From: Folioceros fuciformis | Lineage: Eukaryota | Direction: 5' to 3' | DNA length: 64,000 nt | Assembly: GCA_049999805.1 (NCBI GenBank) | Contig: JBNGIO010006265.1 | Coordinates: 115,161-179,160 of the forward strand | Shown here: positions 35,202 through 46,951 of the stretch, piece by piece | Position numbering within the stretch: position 1 is the stretch's first letter | Layout: each line of letters begins with the position of its first letter | Translations under genes and position numbers: made by a program | Notes under the pieces: generated by a model | Database searches by the model: none | Told to the model about the DNA's origin: nothing | What the model saw: the letters and a program-made list of their open reading frames with translations, nothing else

Positions 35202-36308
35202 ATGGCCACCGAGGTTGTGAACGTGAGCGAGTACCAAGTGCTGGCTAAGCACAGACTGCCGAAGATGGCGTACGACTTCTACGCCTCGGGAGCGGAGGAC
35301 GAATGGTCTCTGAAGGAGAATCGCGAAGCCTTCGAGAGGCTGAGGATCAGACCACGAATCCTAATAGACGTGAGCCGGGTTGATCTGTCCACAACCGTTC
35401 TGGGGCATGCGGTGAGCATGCCCATCATGGTCGCACCCACGGCCTTGCACAGGATGGCTCATCCGGAGGGAGAATTGGCGGTGGCCCGGGCGGCAGCAGC
35501 AGCAGGGACAATCATGACCTTGTCGTCCAACGCAACCAGCAGCATCGAGGAAGTGGCATCGGGGCCCGGGCTCCGCTTCTTCCAGCTCTACGTCATGAAG
35601 GACAGGGAGATAGCGGTCAACCTCGTGCGCAGGGCAGAGCGTGAAGGGTACCAGGCGATTGTGCTCACAGTGGACGTGCCCCGAGTGGGACGCAGGGAGA
35701 ATGACATCAGGAATAAGTTTCAGATCCCCGCTCACCTGAGCTTGAAGAACTTAGAGGGAGTGAATCTGAACAGGATCCAGGACGCCGTCTCAGCAGACAT
35801 CCCGAAATACACTGTCGGGGAGCTGGACATGTCTCTCAGCTGGAAGGACGTTAAGTGGCTGCGATCCATCACCAGGCTGCCGGTGGTAGTGAAGGGGATT
35901 CTCACGGCGGAGGATGCCAAACTGGCTTACGCAGCGGGAGCAGCCGGTGTGGTTGTGTCAAACCACGGTGCCCGGCAACTTGATCACGTGCCAGCCACCA
36001 TCTCCGCCCTCGAGGAGGTGGTGCATGCTGTGAAGGAGGAGATGCCGGTGTTCATGGACGGTGGAATCCGGCGGGGTACAGACGTTTTCAAAGCCTTGGC
36101 CTTGGGCGCTGCCGGCGTATTCGTGGGAAGGCCCGTGATCTTCGGCCTCACCGTGGACGGGGAAGCTGGTGTTCGGAAGGTGCTGCGGATGCTGAGGGAT
36201 GAGTTGGAGCTAGCCATGTCTTTAACAGGATGTTGCTCCTTACAAGACATCACCCGAGCTCACGTTCAATGGGAGCTGGAGGCCATGCTGAAACGAGCCA
36301 AGCTGTAG
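35202..36308 (+). CDS. Peroxisomal FMN-dependent (S)-2-hydroxy-acid oxidase (GOX/HAOX family), intronless
   Basis: [59 protein letters not shown]-terminal PTS1 AKL. Confidence 0.95.
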   Translation: MATEVVNVSEYQVLAKHRLPKMAYDFYASGAEDEWSLKENREAFERLRIRPRILIDVSRVDLSTTVLGHAVSMPIMVAPTALHRMAHPEGELAVARAAAAAGTIMTLSSNATSSIEEVASGPGLRFFQLYVMKDREIAVNLVRRAEREGYQAIVLTVDVPRVGRRENDIRNKFQIPAHLSLKNLEGVNLNRIQDAVSADIPKYTVGELDMSLSWKDVKWLRSITRLPVVVKGILTAEDAKLAYAAGAAGVVVSNHGARQLDHVPATISALEEVVHAVKEEMPVFMDGGIRRGTDVFKALALGAAGVFVGRPVIFGLTVDGEAGVRKVLRMLRDELELAMSLTGCCSLQDITRAHVQWELEAMLKRAKL

Positions 36309-36428
36309 TAGACACTTGGCCACCTCCTGTTGCTCTCTCTGCAGTCTCATGACTGGTACACACAAAAAATGGAGAGAAACGGCCATGCTCCTCAGGACAG
36401 CCCATCCTCGCAAGGAGACTTCCTACCT

Positions 36429-37205
36429 TCAAATTTTTTGCAATCTGATAGTCCAGGTCCGAAGAGCCTCGACCAGCTGCTTGAGCCGATCTCTGGTGAC
36501 GGGGTCCACCAAGTTGCCGTTCTCGTCGAACTTCTGTGGGAGCTCATATCCCTTCACGAACAGCTCGGGCTTGTTGAGAAAGTGAATGTCGATGTAGAGC
36601 CCAAGCTGGCGGAGCTGGGTCTGGCCCCTCGCACCGCCAAAGGAGCCACCGGCGCTCACAATAGCGGCGGGTTTGTCCCCCCAGACGTTCGAGGGGTACG
36701 AGCCCCAGTCGATGGCGTTCTTGAGCACTCCGGGGACGCCGTAGTTGTACTCGGGAGAGGCGAAGAGGACGGCGTTCGCCTGCAGAACCCTGGCCCGGAA
36801 CAGCCTCACCGCTTCCGGGAGCGCATCCTTGGGTAGGTCCGTGTTGACGAACGGGAGCTTGCTAATGTCCAGGATCTCCAGCTCCAGATCCGGGAACGAT
36901 TCAGCCGCCACCTCCTGCGCCGCAAGCAGCAGGCCTCTGTTCCAGGACGCTTTGCGCAAGGATCCGGCAATGCCCGCAACCTTGATCACGTTCGGCGTGG
37001 GCCCGGCTTCAGCTCTCACCGACGCCCTCCTCCTCGGCACGGCACGGAAGATGACGCTGCCGCCGTAGCCCAATGGAGCCGAATGGCTGCGCCAGGAAAT
37101 CGTCACCGAGGAGGATCTCGTCCCAGCGAGCCTGTTTGCTGTGGGGATCCCGGCCACATAGGCAGAAGCCGAAGCCAAAGCCGGTGCCCGAGCAGCGGAC
37201 ACCAT
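36429..37205 (-). CDS. NQR: NAD(P)H:quinone oxidoreductase / FMN reductase (flavodoxin-like), intronless, with a transit-peptide-like N-terminus
   Basis: GSLRKASWN, FASPEYNYGVPGVLKNAIDW, GGSFGGARGQ; Ser/Ala/Arg-rich leader ending ..VRA. Confidence 0.9.
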   Translation of the reverse strand: MVSAARAPALASASAYVAGIPTANRLAGTRSSSVTISWRSHSAPLGYGGSVIFRAVPRRRASVRAEAGPTPNVIKVAGIAGSLRKASWNRGLLLAAQEVAAESFPDLELEILDISKLPFVNTDLPKDALPEAVRLFRARVLQANAVLFASPEYNYGVPGVLKNAIDWGSYPSNVWGDKPAAIVSAGGSFGGARGQTQLRQLGLYIDIHFLNKPELFVKGYELPQKFDENGNLVDPVTRDRLKQLVEALRTWTIRLQKI

Positions 37206-37516
37206 GTTACCAGCTCGGCAAGTCCCTTCTTCACGCACGACTCAGCATGAACATCTCATCTGTCCCTCTTTAGGTTTACAGCCAACAGAGAAGGAACCCC
37301 CGCACGAAGCTTCTGATTTCGAGAACGCAAGTGTCAGGAGTCAGTTCATCTGAATCCCCACTCTACACTCACCTCACCTAGGAGCCACACAAATTTCGTC
37401 CCTTGAGCTGCTGCTGCTTCAGTTTGTCCTGAAAAGACTTCCAACTGACTTCAGCTCGCTCACACAGGGTGAGGCGTCCAGAATTGTTGGCATGAGATAA
37501 CGAACTCTCCATCGAT

Positions 37517-39772
37517 TTAAAGCACTGCGACTTGCTCTCGTTGTTTTACGGGCTGGTTCTGCTGCTCCGAGCCATCTTTGCCATTCTTGACCGGCTTGGG
37601 CTTGGGCTTGGCTTTGTCGGGCTTGGGAGCAGCCACCGGGACTGTGAAACCGGCTCTCTCGAAATCAAGAGCCTTATCGAATATGAGCGATTCTCTCGTA
37701 GTGATGGCCACCCCCTCGAACGTCCACACCTTGATGACAGCATCGCCCTTGATCCCGAAACTGATCCACCCCAGGCCGGCCACAGCGATGTCCACACTGT
37801 TGTGATCCCACTGATCTCCAGCGACCTTCACGCTCCGCGCAACCCAGTGCCCTATCTCGGCAAGGCGCTCCCCATCCATGGGCGGCTGCCGCACAACGTG
37901 TGAACAACGAGCATCAGTGAACACAGTCTCGCGGGCAGGGTATGGGCCCACGTTGGCATGAACAGGAGAGCTTACCGTGAGACGGCCACCGACATGTTTC
38001 TCCAGTAGCTCCTCCGCCGACTCCGTCTTCCCCATATGCAGCGGGATGTAGGCCGACGCAAACACGGAGAGGTAGAAGCTATCGGCGCTGGACTCCATCA
38101 CGTCCAGCCGCACCAGGGCTCCGATGTGGACGCTGCTTCCTACCTGCATTCCCAGCACAACAGTGCCCCCATCACACCAATTGCATTGCCTGTAATCAAA
38201 TTGAAGGAGGAGGATTCGGCAGGTTACCTTCACCCTGTACGTCCGAGGGCGGAGCTCCTTGCGCACCTGTACCACCTTGAGCTCGTCCCTGTTCAACCTA
38301 GTGGTGAGCTGATGCGGGTGGATTAGGCCGGGGGTGTCATAGAGGTGCGCCTTGGCGGGAAGGATCCCGTCCAACTTCAGCACGCCCACCGTGGTGCCCA
38401 GCACGGGGGCCTCAGTGAGCTGGGGGGCGCGCTTCCCGCCGGAGAGCTTCCCGAAAGCGTTGATGAGCGAGCTCTTGCCGGCGTTCTGCGACCCGATCAC
38501 CCACACGTCCCCCCTCGATCCCGCCAGGTCTTTCACATGCAGAGCCAGCTGTGGAATGCCCCATCCCTTGTACGCGCTCACCAGGTGCACCCCGCTCACT
38601 CTCGGCGCGCCCCCCGCTCGGGCCCTGCGCCGCACCCACTGCTCCACCCTGTTAGGCGAGACCTGCTTCGGCAACAAGTCGATTTTGGTGAGCACCAAGA
38701 TCAGCCTTGGCGTGTTTCCGGGCATGCCGTCCTTCCAGGCGTCCCCGCTTTCGCGCTCCACCTCCGCCAGCAACGACGCCGCGGTGCGCGGGAAGGAGCC
38801 GTCGAAGTCCGCCGCATCCACCACCATGAGCACAACGGCGCGGCGCCCGTATGCCTTCTTCAGCCGCGCCCCGATCAGCCTATCGAAATCGAAGTCGGGG
38901 AGAAGATTCTCCACCTCCTCGTCCTTCACCTGCGCATAGTGGCGCAGCGAATGGCATCGCGCGCACACCACCACAACCTGTTCCCGATCCCTCTCCTGAC
39001 CCTGCTCACTGAAGAGCTTGGTCCACGCGTCCTTCGCCGCCTGCGTGTTGCTCCCGACCTCGTTCCACTCCATGTCCCCGAACGGCCGCACCATCCGGTC
39101 CGCCATCTCCTGCTCCTTCTCCTGCACGGCCCAGTCCTCCCAGTTGATCCCACTCCATGTCATGCGCTGCTCCGGACTCTTCCTTAAACCCTTCCCCAAA
39201 CCCTCGTCATCGTCGATCACAAACTCCTCCTCTTCTCCTTCCTCCTCCGCCGCCACCGCATTCTCAACAAGCATTTGCGCATCGTCTCCATCATCATCCT
39301 CTTCCGCCGCCCTGTCCAGCGCCGCCGGACGCTGGAAGTAGCCCGGCGCCTTGGGATCCTTGTCCTGCATGTACACTCCGCACCCGGGGCATGCCAAACC
39401 CCCATCCCTGGCGGCCGCCGCTCTGGTAGCCAGACACCTGCTCGCCCCCGCCGTTGTGGTCCACAGCTTGGAATCCGGCCACCGTGTCGCCGGCGCCCTG
39501 ACAGCGGCAGGGCGCGCTGTGAATGACCATCTCCGGGGACTACGCCTGTCCGGGCCTGAGGAGCAGGAGGCCGCCCCGGACAGCGCCTCCTTTTGCCTGC
39601 TGGATACGCATTGCTCCAAGTCCGCGCCCGGCGCGCATACACACACACCAGCCCTGGACGCTACTACCGGATGCATGTCTAGCTTCCCAGCTCGCAGCAA
39701 GCCAGAGGAGAACGCCACGCAAGAGAGCAGGCCACGGGACTTGCTCGCCGCTGCCAACCCCGGCTGCTGCAT
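37517..39772 (-). CDS. BPG2: YqeH-type circularly permuted GTPase, BPG2-like, plastid; introns at 38144-38227 and 37886-37975
   Basis: CPGCG and CARC zinc motifs, TKID (G4), VSA (G5), GSQNAGKS (G1), GTT (G2), DTPG (G3), DIAVAGLGW. Confidence 0.88.
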   Translation of the reverse strand: MQQPGLAAASKSRGLLSCVAFSSGLLRAGKLDMHPVVASRAGVCVCAPGADLEQCVSSRQKEALSGAASCSSGPDRRSPRRWSFTARPAAVRAPATRWPDSKLWTTTAGASRCLATRAAAARDGGLACPGCGVYMQDKDPKAPGYFQRPAALDRAAEEDDDGDDAQMLVENAVAAEEEGEEEEFVIDDDEGLGKGLRKSPEQRMTWSGINWEDWAVQEKEQEMADRMVRPFGDMEWNEVGSNTQAAKDAWTKLFSEQGQERDREQVVVVCARCHSLRHYAQVKDEEVENLLPDFDFDRLIGARLKKAYGRRAVVLMVVDAADFDGSFPRTAASLLAEVERESGDAWKDGMPGNTPRLILVLTKIDLLPKQVSPNRVEQWVRRRARAGGAPRVSGVHLVSAYKGWGIPQLALHVKDLAGSRGDVWVIGSQNAGKSSLINAFGKLSGGKRAPQLTEAPVLGTTVGVLKLDGILPAKAHLYDTPGLIHPHQLTTRLNRDELKVVQVRKELRPRTYRVKVTCRILLLQFDYRQCNWCDGGTVVLGMQVGSSVHIGALVRLDVMESSADSFYLSVFASAYIPLHMGKTESAEELLEKHVGGRLTVSSPVHANVGPYPARETVFTDARCSHVVRQPPMDGERLAEIGHWVARSVKVAGDQWDHNSVDIAVAGLGWISFGIKGDAVIKVWTFEGVAITTRESLIFDKALDFERAGFTVPVAAPKPDKAKPKPKPVKNGKDGSEQQNQPVKQREQVAVL

Positions 39773-39904
39773 CTCGTCCGGCGCCTCTGATGGCCTCTCG
39801 GTTAGTTTCCTTTGCGCATGGATACCATCTGTACTTATCCACCGAAATTGAGTTTTGCAACCACAAAAGACAACATCAAAGACGAGAGAAAAAAAAGGAG
39901 GCGT

Positions 39905-39977
39905 CGATCACGGCGGGACTCGAACCCGCAATCTCCCGCTCCGGAGGCGAGCGCCTTATCCATTAGGCCACGCGACC
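39905..39977 (-). tRNA. tRNA-Arg (CCG)
   Basis: Reverse complement GGTCGCGTGGCCTAATGGATAAGGCGCTCGCCT-CCG-GAGCGGGAGATTGCGGGTTCGAGTCCCGCCGTGATCG, followed by a T-run Pol III terminator. Confidence 0.95.
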
Positions 39978-40086
39978 TCTACTACAAATCCGTGGAGAAA
40001 AATAAATTTTTTACATAAAATTTGTTGGAAACCATGGTCAAGATGGGTTCTGTGATGATGACTCTGTGGGTCTGGAGACTGGGGAG

Positions 40087-43000
40087 ATGGATGAGCCGGC
40101 GCAGAATCGGAAAGCTGGGTGTGGAGGGCATTGCGTCGCCGGGCAGGGAGATGGTGGACGCACAACTGCTTCGTCTGCAGGAGGCTGCCGGGATGGAGAG
40201 AAGACTTCCTGGGATTCGTACGACACCGTTTTTCTCAACTCCAAAGCAGGTGCTTGTTGGGATCAGACGGGGTGGTCGCGGAAATGTGGGATGGCGTTCG
40301 AGTGAACTACTGATGAGTGCTTGAGGCAGGTATGGACGGCGTGGACAAGAAGAAGGTGCGGAGGGTGGTATACGAGATGAGCAAAGGGTCTCGTTACTTC
40401 GATAACGAACAGAGGAAGGAAGCAGCTGTGCAGCAGAGGGTGCATGCTATGACGGAGCAGGCTGCTGGCCTTACACCAAACCAGCTGGCTGTGCATGAGA
40501 AGGTGGGTGGGGTGCGGTGATGGACATGGCTGTGCACACAACGCGCATGTGTTTGGTGTGATTTGGATGATTGTCGGTGATAATTGGATGTGGGTGTGCA
40601 GGCTGCTGATTCGAAAATTGTGGAGCTGGAAGCCACTCGTGACCTTTCTCGGATCTGGCTGCATGTGGATATGGATGCCTTCTATGCTGCGGTGGAAACT
40701 CTCGAGAATCCTGGTTTGGCAGGAAAGTCCATGGCTGTGGGAGGCATGTCTATGATTTGTACCGCTAACTACGAGGTTCGTAATATGCAGGGTCTGGTTG
40801 TTTATCAGCTGGGCTGTTCAGACGTCAAGATGTTTGTTTGCAGTGTTGCGTATCTTGAAGGGGTTGGTTTCTGGAATGTGTGTGCTGGCAGGCCCGGAAA
40901 TTTGGAGTACGTGCTGCCATGCCTGGGTTTATTGCTCGGAAACTCTGTTCCGATCTTATTTTTGTGCGTCCTGATTTTGAGAAGTATACCCGCTACAGCG
41001 AGCTCAGCCGAAAAGGTTGGGGACTTGCCTTTATAGTTCATCTATCTTCATGGCGAGAGGTCTGAAACAGACAGTTCTGGGAAACCCTTGGTGCAGTCTT
41101 CCAGGAGTATGATCCCAACTTTGTTGCGAGAAGCTTGGATGAAGCATATCTGGACATCACGGATGCTTGCAGGTCACAGAAGATGAGTGCAGCAGAGGTA
41201 AGGATGGTCCTGTGTCTGACTGTATGCGAGATTAGCTGGATCCTCTCAGTCCTTGGCATTGATGGACATCTGGGTGGTGCCTTACATTACCCTCTCCCAG
41301 GTTGCAGAGGAGCTGCGCAACAGGGTGCACGCAGCGACTGGGCTCACGTGCAGTGCTGGAGTTGGGCCAAATCGGTTGCTGGCGAAGGTTCTTCCCATAG
41401 CCTGTCAATGAGGATTGCCTCGGCGAATGATTTGCTTGGCATTGTCGGATTGTGAAGGATGGTGGTCTGACGCAGCGCACTGTTGTAGGTATGTTCAGAC
41501 ATCAAGAAGCCGAATGGACAGTTTGTTCTAAGCAATGACAGGACGTCAGTCATGGCCTTCATTTCTGCATTGCCTATTCGCAAGGTCTCATATTCCCCGC
41601 ACCATCTAGAGTACGTACTAGTTATTGGCTTCCTTTTATGGGTAGACGTGATACAGCATTGAGTCACTTCCTGCTAATTTGAGGTAAACTGGTTTCTGTT
41701 TCCGTGGACAGGTATCTGGCATTGGCAAGGTGACGGAGAGACTGCTGAAGGAAGTTCTTGGGATTACCTATTGCGCAGACTTGTTGACTAAACGTGCGTT
41801 GATTTCGGCTCTCTTTTCAGAAATTTCCACAGGTGATCGCACATGGCTGTGCATGGTCATTTGTTTGCTTGCTTCATTCCAACAATGAGTTGAATTGTCA
41901 AGTATACTGCATACTCAAGGCAAATGGCCAGATTCTTGGCTGACCAATCTCAGTTGCGAGGTTCAGGTTTTTTTCTTGCTGTCGCATTGGGCATTGGAGG
42001 TTCGGATGCACCTCAAGAAGAACATCGCAAGAGCTTGAGTAACGAACGTACTTTTGCTGCAATATCAAAGGAGAGTGACCTATTGAACAAGCTCGGTAAT
42101 CATGTGAACCTTGAGTGGGGTGCTTGTTTCGGGATATGGTTTTCCTCCAAGACATGGTCTCTTGTCTCGGCTTATTTCTGAGTAGGTGACTTGTTTGGTC
42201 ATTAGAGGAATTATCTCTCGCATTGGCAGAAGATCTGCAGAAAGAGAACTTGCAGGGCCGCACTTTAACGCTCAAGTTGAAAACCACTGGATTTGAGGTA
42301 TCTGCGTTACACTTTTTCTGGTTAAGGCCACCACCATACCATTATCTCACGTCCTTGCGTGGTCTTCTGCAACGGCAATCGTAGGTGCGGACAAGAGCAA
42401 TGACTCTGCCCACGTTCATATACAAGGTGGAGGACATTCTGCTGCATGCCACCAAGTTGCTCAGAGGAGAGCTTCCCATATCAATACGGCTTATGGGTAT
42501 GATTTCGGACACTTCCCCCTTCTAGCCTCAAATGAAGTAAACTCACCTCTCGCTGGTACAATAGGTCTTCGGATGTCACACTTCAAAGGGGAGAAGCTGG
42601 ACCTTGCTGACAGATCGCAAAGAACTCTCACGAGTTTTCTGCCTCAGTTGAACTCTTCAGGACTTCCAGCTGAGCCACTTGACACAGAAGACAGACGGCA
42701 TACTTGTAATAGTCGTGCACCATCACCAGATGTGCGTACTGATGAACTACGCTCAGGTGTGGAAGGCACTGGCGCACACCCATATATCCCTCATCATGGT
42801 GATGCTCATTTAGGGGAGCTATTCTCAGGTGGAAATGACGACAAAGGAAAGTCGAGATCTGCTCAACTAGTGTGTGATGATTCTCAAAGCAAAAGTCCTT
42901 TGAAAGGTGCAAGGGCACAACAACGGACTTTGGACACTTTCGTCGTACTCCCTGGACATGGAATTCCATGTCCTGTAGCAGATCCATCAGAAAGGTCGCG

Positions 43001-43537
43001 GATGCCATGCCTTCCATCGAACTCTGAAGCTCATGCAGATGCATTCCATGTGAATGGCAGTGCGAGGGTGCCTGCGGATGACAAGGGAGGCTCTGGGGCA
43101 CCCGTCTCCACTCCGGAAGCACCAGGTTGGACAGGAGCGGAAGGTCATCATCCTCCCCTACAAATCTGGGATGATGACAGCTGCTGTTCCATCTGCGGGC
43201 TGGATGTGAATGACTGCATGCCCTCGGCTCGGCAAGAGCATGAAGACTACCATCTTGCAGTTGCTTTGGAGCGAGAGGATGCAGCGGTGCCAATCCAGCG
43301 AACCAGGTGGTTTTCTTAACCGTTGCTCCCATTTCCTGACACACAAGAAAAACAAGGATGGTGTTGGACATTCACTGACCCGTGTGGCTTCAATTTCTTC
43401 CTTCATGCAGACGCCCAGAATTTGTCGCTATCAGCAAAAGAAAGGCATCTGGCACGGGTCCTGTGCAACAACAGCAAACTCCCAAGAGAAACTGGCATCT
43501 TCCAATTGAAACGTTTTTCAAAAAACCATATCTCTGA
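40087..43537 (+). CDS. POLK: DNA polymerase kappa (Y-family, DinB-like), multi-exon
   Basis: WDSYDTVFLNSKAG|MDGVDKKKVRRVVYEMSKGS, HVDMDAFYAAVE, TANYE|ARKFGVRAAMPGF, SLDEAYLDIT, RKSLSNERTF, UBZ-like CSIC..HEDYH, C-terminal IETFFKK. Confidence 0.93.
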
Positions 43538-43649
43538 CACAAGTAATGAATTGTGATGAAGGAATGTCTGCGCGAGGTTGGCGGATCTAGTGTCAGCAAA
43601 CGGCGTGGAGGTGTTGGGGGTGGAGGTTGATATCTCGGTCATTGGTAGC

Positions 43650-46033
43650 AGCCTTGGCGGAGGCCCGTATAATTTCGCGTTGTGCCCTTCGAATGGAACT
43701 TACTTCGCCTTGGTGTGAAATGCGGGCTCCGAAAGGCGGTCATGCAAGGGTTTCTCAAATCGAGCCACCAACACTATCAGTAACGATTCCAGCCTCACAG
43801 ATCCTGCGACATTCCAGAACAATCTTGTCTTATGTGATCCAGGACCTTGTCATCCTAGATGTCCTCAGCTTTCTGTGGCTTTTGCGCTCCTGGAAACTCT
43901 GTATTCACTGTTCTAGTAGATGGAACGAGAGTGGTGGTAATGCTGTACCATCGATCCACAGATTAGACTGAAGTTTTGCTAACCAGAAATTTGTCAGAAG
44001 CGTCACTCTCCTCGTAGCTGCTTCCGGGTTCCCCTGCACAGCCTTGTCCCTTGGCGATCTCAACATTGTCTGCAGACAAAATGAAATGGGCACAAAATTA
44101 TCCGATCAAGCGGCACAACATCCCTGTTAAGAATCTCTGAGATACGCAAAGCCCGCGAGCAGCACTGCAGCGGGCTGTCCCTGGATGAGCTCCAAACATT
44201 TTTTTGACTACTCGGGAGTCAGGAGCAGCGTTCGTGGCGGTGACGGAGAGGGAGAGGTGGAGCTCGCAGGCCTCGTTCACAGAGCAATGACTACTCGACA
44301 CAGTGATCAAGTACTCAAAGCAGATAAAGACAACGAGACATTTGCTAGATGGGGCCGGTTCCTTGCCACTAGAGACATATCAAGGCCGGTCGTCATGTTC
44401 TACCGTGGTGGTGCCCTGGCTGACTGGTTCAACCTAAGGCAGGTCTGAGAACTGTACTTTATCGAGGAAGAACTCGAGGGAGGAGGGGAGAGCCCATCAA
44501 GCAGTGGCAAACGTCGCAGTAAAATATGATGTAGAGATGTGATCCCCGTGAGGTGATCCAACGACACTGGTCCCGGACAGATGTTGCACAATCAGACCCC
44601 ATCTGGAAGTGATCAGATGTTGTTTCATCAATAACTGATCTGGTTCCGATCATATGTTGCCTATTCATAGATACTCGAGATCGAAGATATACCTTACGTC
44701 CTTTCCCACTCCGGAACAGAAATCGATCCAACTACTTGGAGAAATCTAGGAGCAGAAGGTTTTGGGATTCGAAATGCCTTTAAGATCAGAGATCTCGTTT
44801 TTGTTAGACCCAAAGGAAACCACAACCGATCACCAAACCTCGAGAACAAGAACTGGGATGGTAACTCCTGATGTCACTCCCTTTCCCTCCAGGGGTGCGA
44901 GTGAGGTGGCAACTCAGGCTACAATGCTACTCCTCGATGGAGGCAAAGGACGGATCAAAATTCGCTCGATCTTGAATGGGTTGATGTTTCTAATGGGTGG
45001 ATCAAAGTGGTGGAGGTGTTATTGGAATTACAGGTTTAGAAGGAGGTACTCCAGTTGGCTGTGTGGCTCGCACGATTACGGACTCTCCCGCCGCTTTAAA
45101 GTGCCTCGGTGTGAAACACGGACTCTGATAGCCGTCCATGAAAGGGTTCTGAAAACGAACCGCTTTCACTGTCAGCAGATTTGCCCACTTCAAAGAATCC
45201 CTGACGGTCTGGAACAGCCGTGTTCGCAGTTGATCTAGGGTCTTGTAAGACACGATGCCCACAGCTTCCTGTGTCTCTCGTGCACCCGGAAACTCTGAAT
45301 CCACAGGCCCAGAAGTTAAACGAGGGTGATGCAATTGCCCATAATACAACGTCCAACCACAGACCAGACTGATGTACTACCCACCACAATCTGTCAGAAG
45401 CTTCACTATCTCCTCGGCTGCCTCGGGATTCTCGTGTACAGCCTTCTCGCTCGGCGAAATCAGCATGCTCTGCAGCAGCTGAAATGGGCACAACATCAAT
45501 ATGAGCTCACACATCTCAGCTTCAGGCAACCAACACCACGTGACGTGCAATCGACTGCTCTCCTCACCTGGCATGCTTTGTTCTCCTGTGACACAAGCAG
45601 CAGCTGAAGGTTCGACCGGGCTGTAGCCTTCAGTTCTTCCGAAACAGTGGCCTTGACGGCAGCCTGCCAGTGTCCGAGGGGAGAAAGAAATTTGAGAAAT
45701 TTGTCACTGTTCGACACCATTTGTGGGCTGTTTGCAAATATAAGTTGCATCACGAGAACACCACGGGCTCCAACCAACAAACGCCAGACTGAGGCACATT
45801 CAAGGAGGAAGACATCAGCAGGCCACCGGCTTCACCTCAAATTTCCTGACGAATTCGTCATCAGCCTGCTCCGGCCCCTGCGGAGTTTCCACTCTCGCAG
45901 CTGCCTGCTCTCGTACCCGAGCCAAATCCTGAAGCTGCTCAGGAGCCTTTCCATCAGGCGCCTTCACATCTAGGCTCACCGTCTCCATACGCGTAGTGAC
46001 ATGGTTTGCCAGAAGAGTGTCCGCGGTAGCCAT
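43650..46033 (-). CDS. Probable multi-exon gene of unknown function; exon structure not resolved
   Basis: Protein-like segments bounded by AG/GT (MATADTLL...FVRKFE; AAVKATVSEELK...KACQ; LLQSMLISP...). No family recognised. Confidence 0.35.
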
Positions 46034-46728
46034 AGGAAGCGATCAGCTATGACCGAGGACCACAATGTGTTGATGGCTCGCCGCTCCTGGTTGATAGCCC
46101 GATACTGGTTGATGACTGATACTGACTGGTAGATGTCTCGATAGTGGAGCAGTTTTCGCGGCCAGTGAAGGTGGAGTCGACCTCCTGAAGGGGCAGACTT
46201 TATAGCTGGCGAATTCCAAGATAGAAAATTCTTCTTCTTGTACGCATTGGGCGGGCCATTCACTACGGGGGCCACGCAGGGCCAGTCAAGAGGTCAATGC
46301 ACGTGGCTTCGCCTTTTACTTCCGACTTCCTCCACCACATCACGACTTCCACTGTTCGTGGACCCAGGGAATCCTGTAATCCAGTCCCAGCAGGACCCGA
46401 ATACATTCACGCGTGGTCTAGGCCACACACTCTAACCAATTCAGCTACTCCGGAACAACTTCCTATGTGCATAAACGTAGCTAACGCGTTACCAGGTTGC
46501 ATGCTTTTTGACCAGCACTAACAAATTCATTCATGTCGAGCAAGCAAGTCAGAACCATCGTGCAGGAATCGATCAAGTCGTTGGCCTCGCAAAGGATGTT
46601 TATTTATTTATCATTATGCAGCCGTCAAGCTATGACGCTGGAAACGTGAATCAAAAACATGATTAAATGAACACTTTGGGAAAGCGCAAAAGAAAGAAGA
46701 TTAGAGCAAACTAGATAGCTATGTCAAT

Positions 46729-46809
46729 AAGCCTAAGTTAAATAATCGCCAATCGAAGCCTAAGTTAAGTAATCGCCAATCGAAGCCTAAGTTAAGTAAT
46801 CGCCAATCG
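46729..46809. repeat. 27-bp tandem repeat, 3 copies
   Basis: aagcctaagttaa(a/g)taatcgccaatcg at 46729, 46756 and 46783. Confidence 0.92.
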
Positions 46810-46839
46810 CCTTGAAGTAAGAGAGAAATTTTTTCCTCA

Positions 46840-46951
46840 GTTTTGGAACACTAAGAAGTTGGCGGATATCGTAGTGCGTTTTGGAACACTAAGAAGTTGG
46901 CGGATATCGTAGTGCGTTTTGGAACACTAAGAAGTTGGCGGATATCGTAGT
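46840..46951. repeat. 38-bp perfect tandem repeat, about 3 copies
   Basis: gttttggaacactaagaagttggcggatatcgtagtgc at 46840, 46878 and 46916. Confidence 0.92.

Noticed and set aside
38036-39966. Many long overlapping antisense or alternate-frame ORFs (also over the PPR, oxidase, NQR and BTB genes)
   Set aside because: Expected shadow ORFs of GC-rich coding sequence.
46840-46951. 38-bp repeats beginning GTTTT, superficially CRISPR-like
   Set aside because: Copies are head-to-tail with no spacers, there are no cas genes, and the context is eukaryotic.
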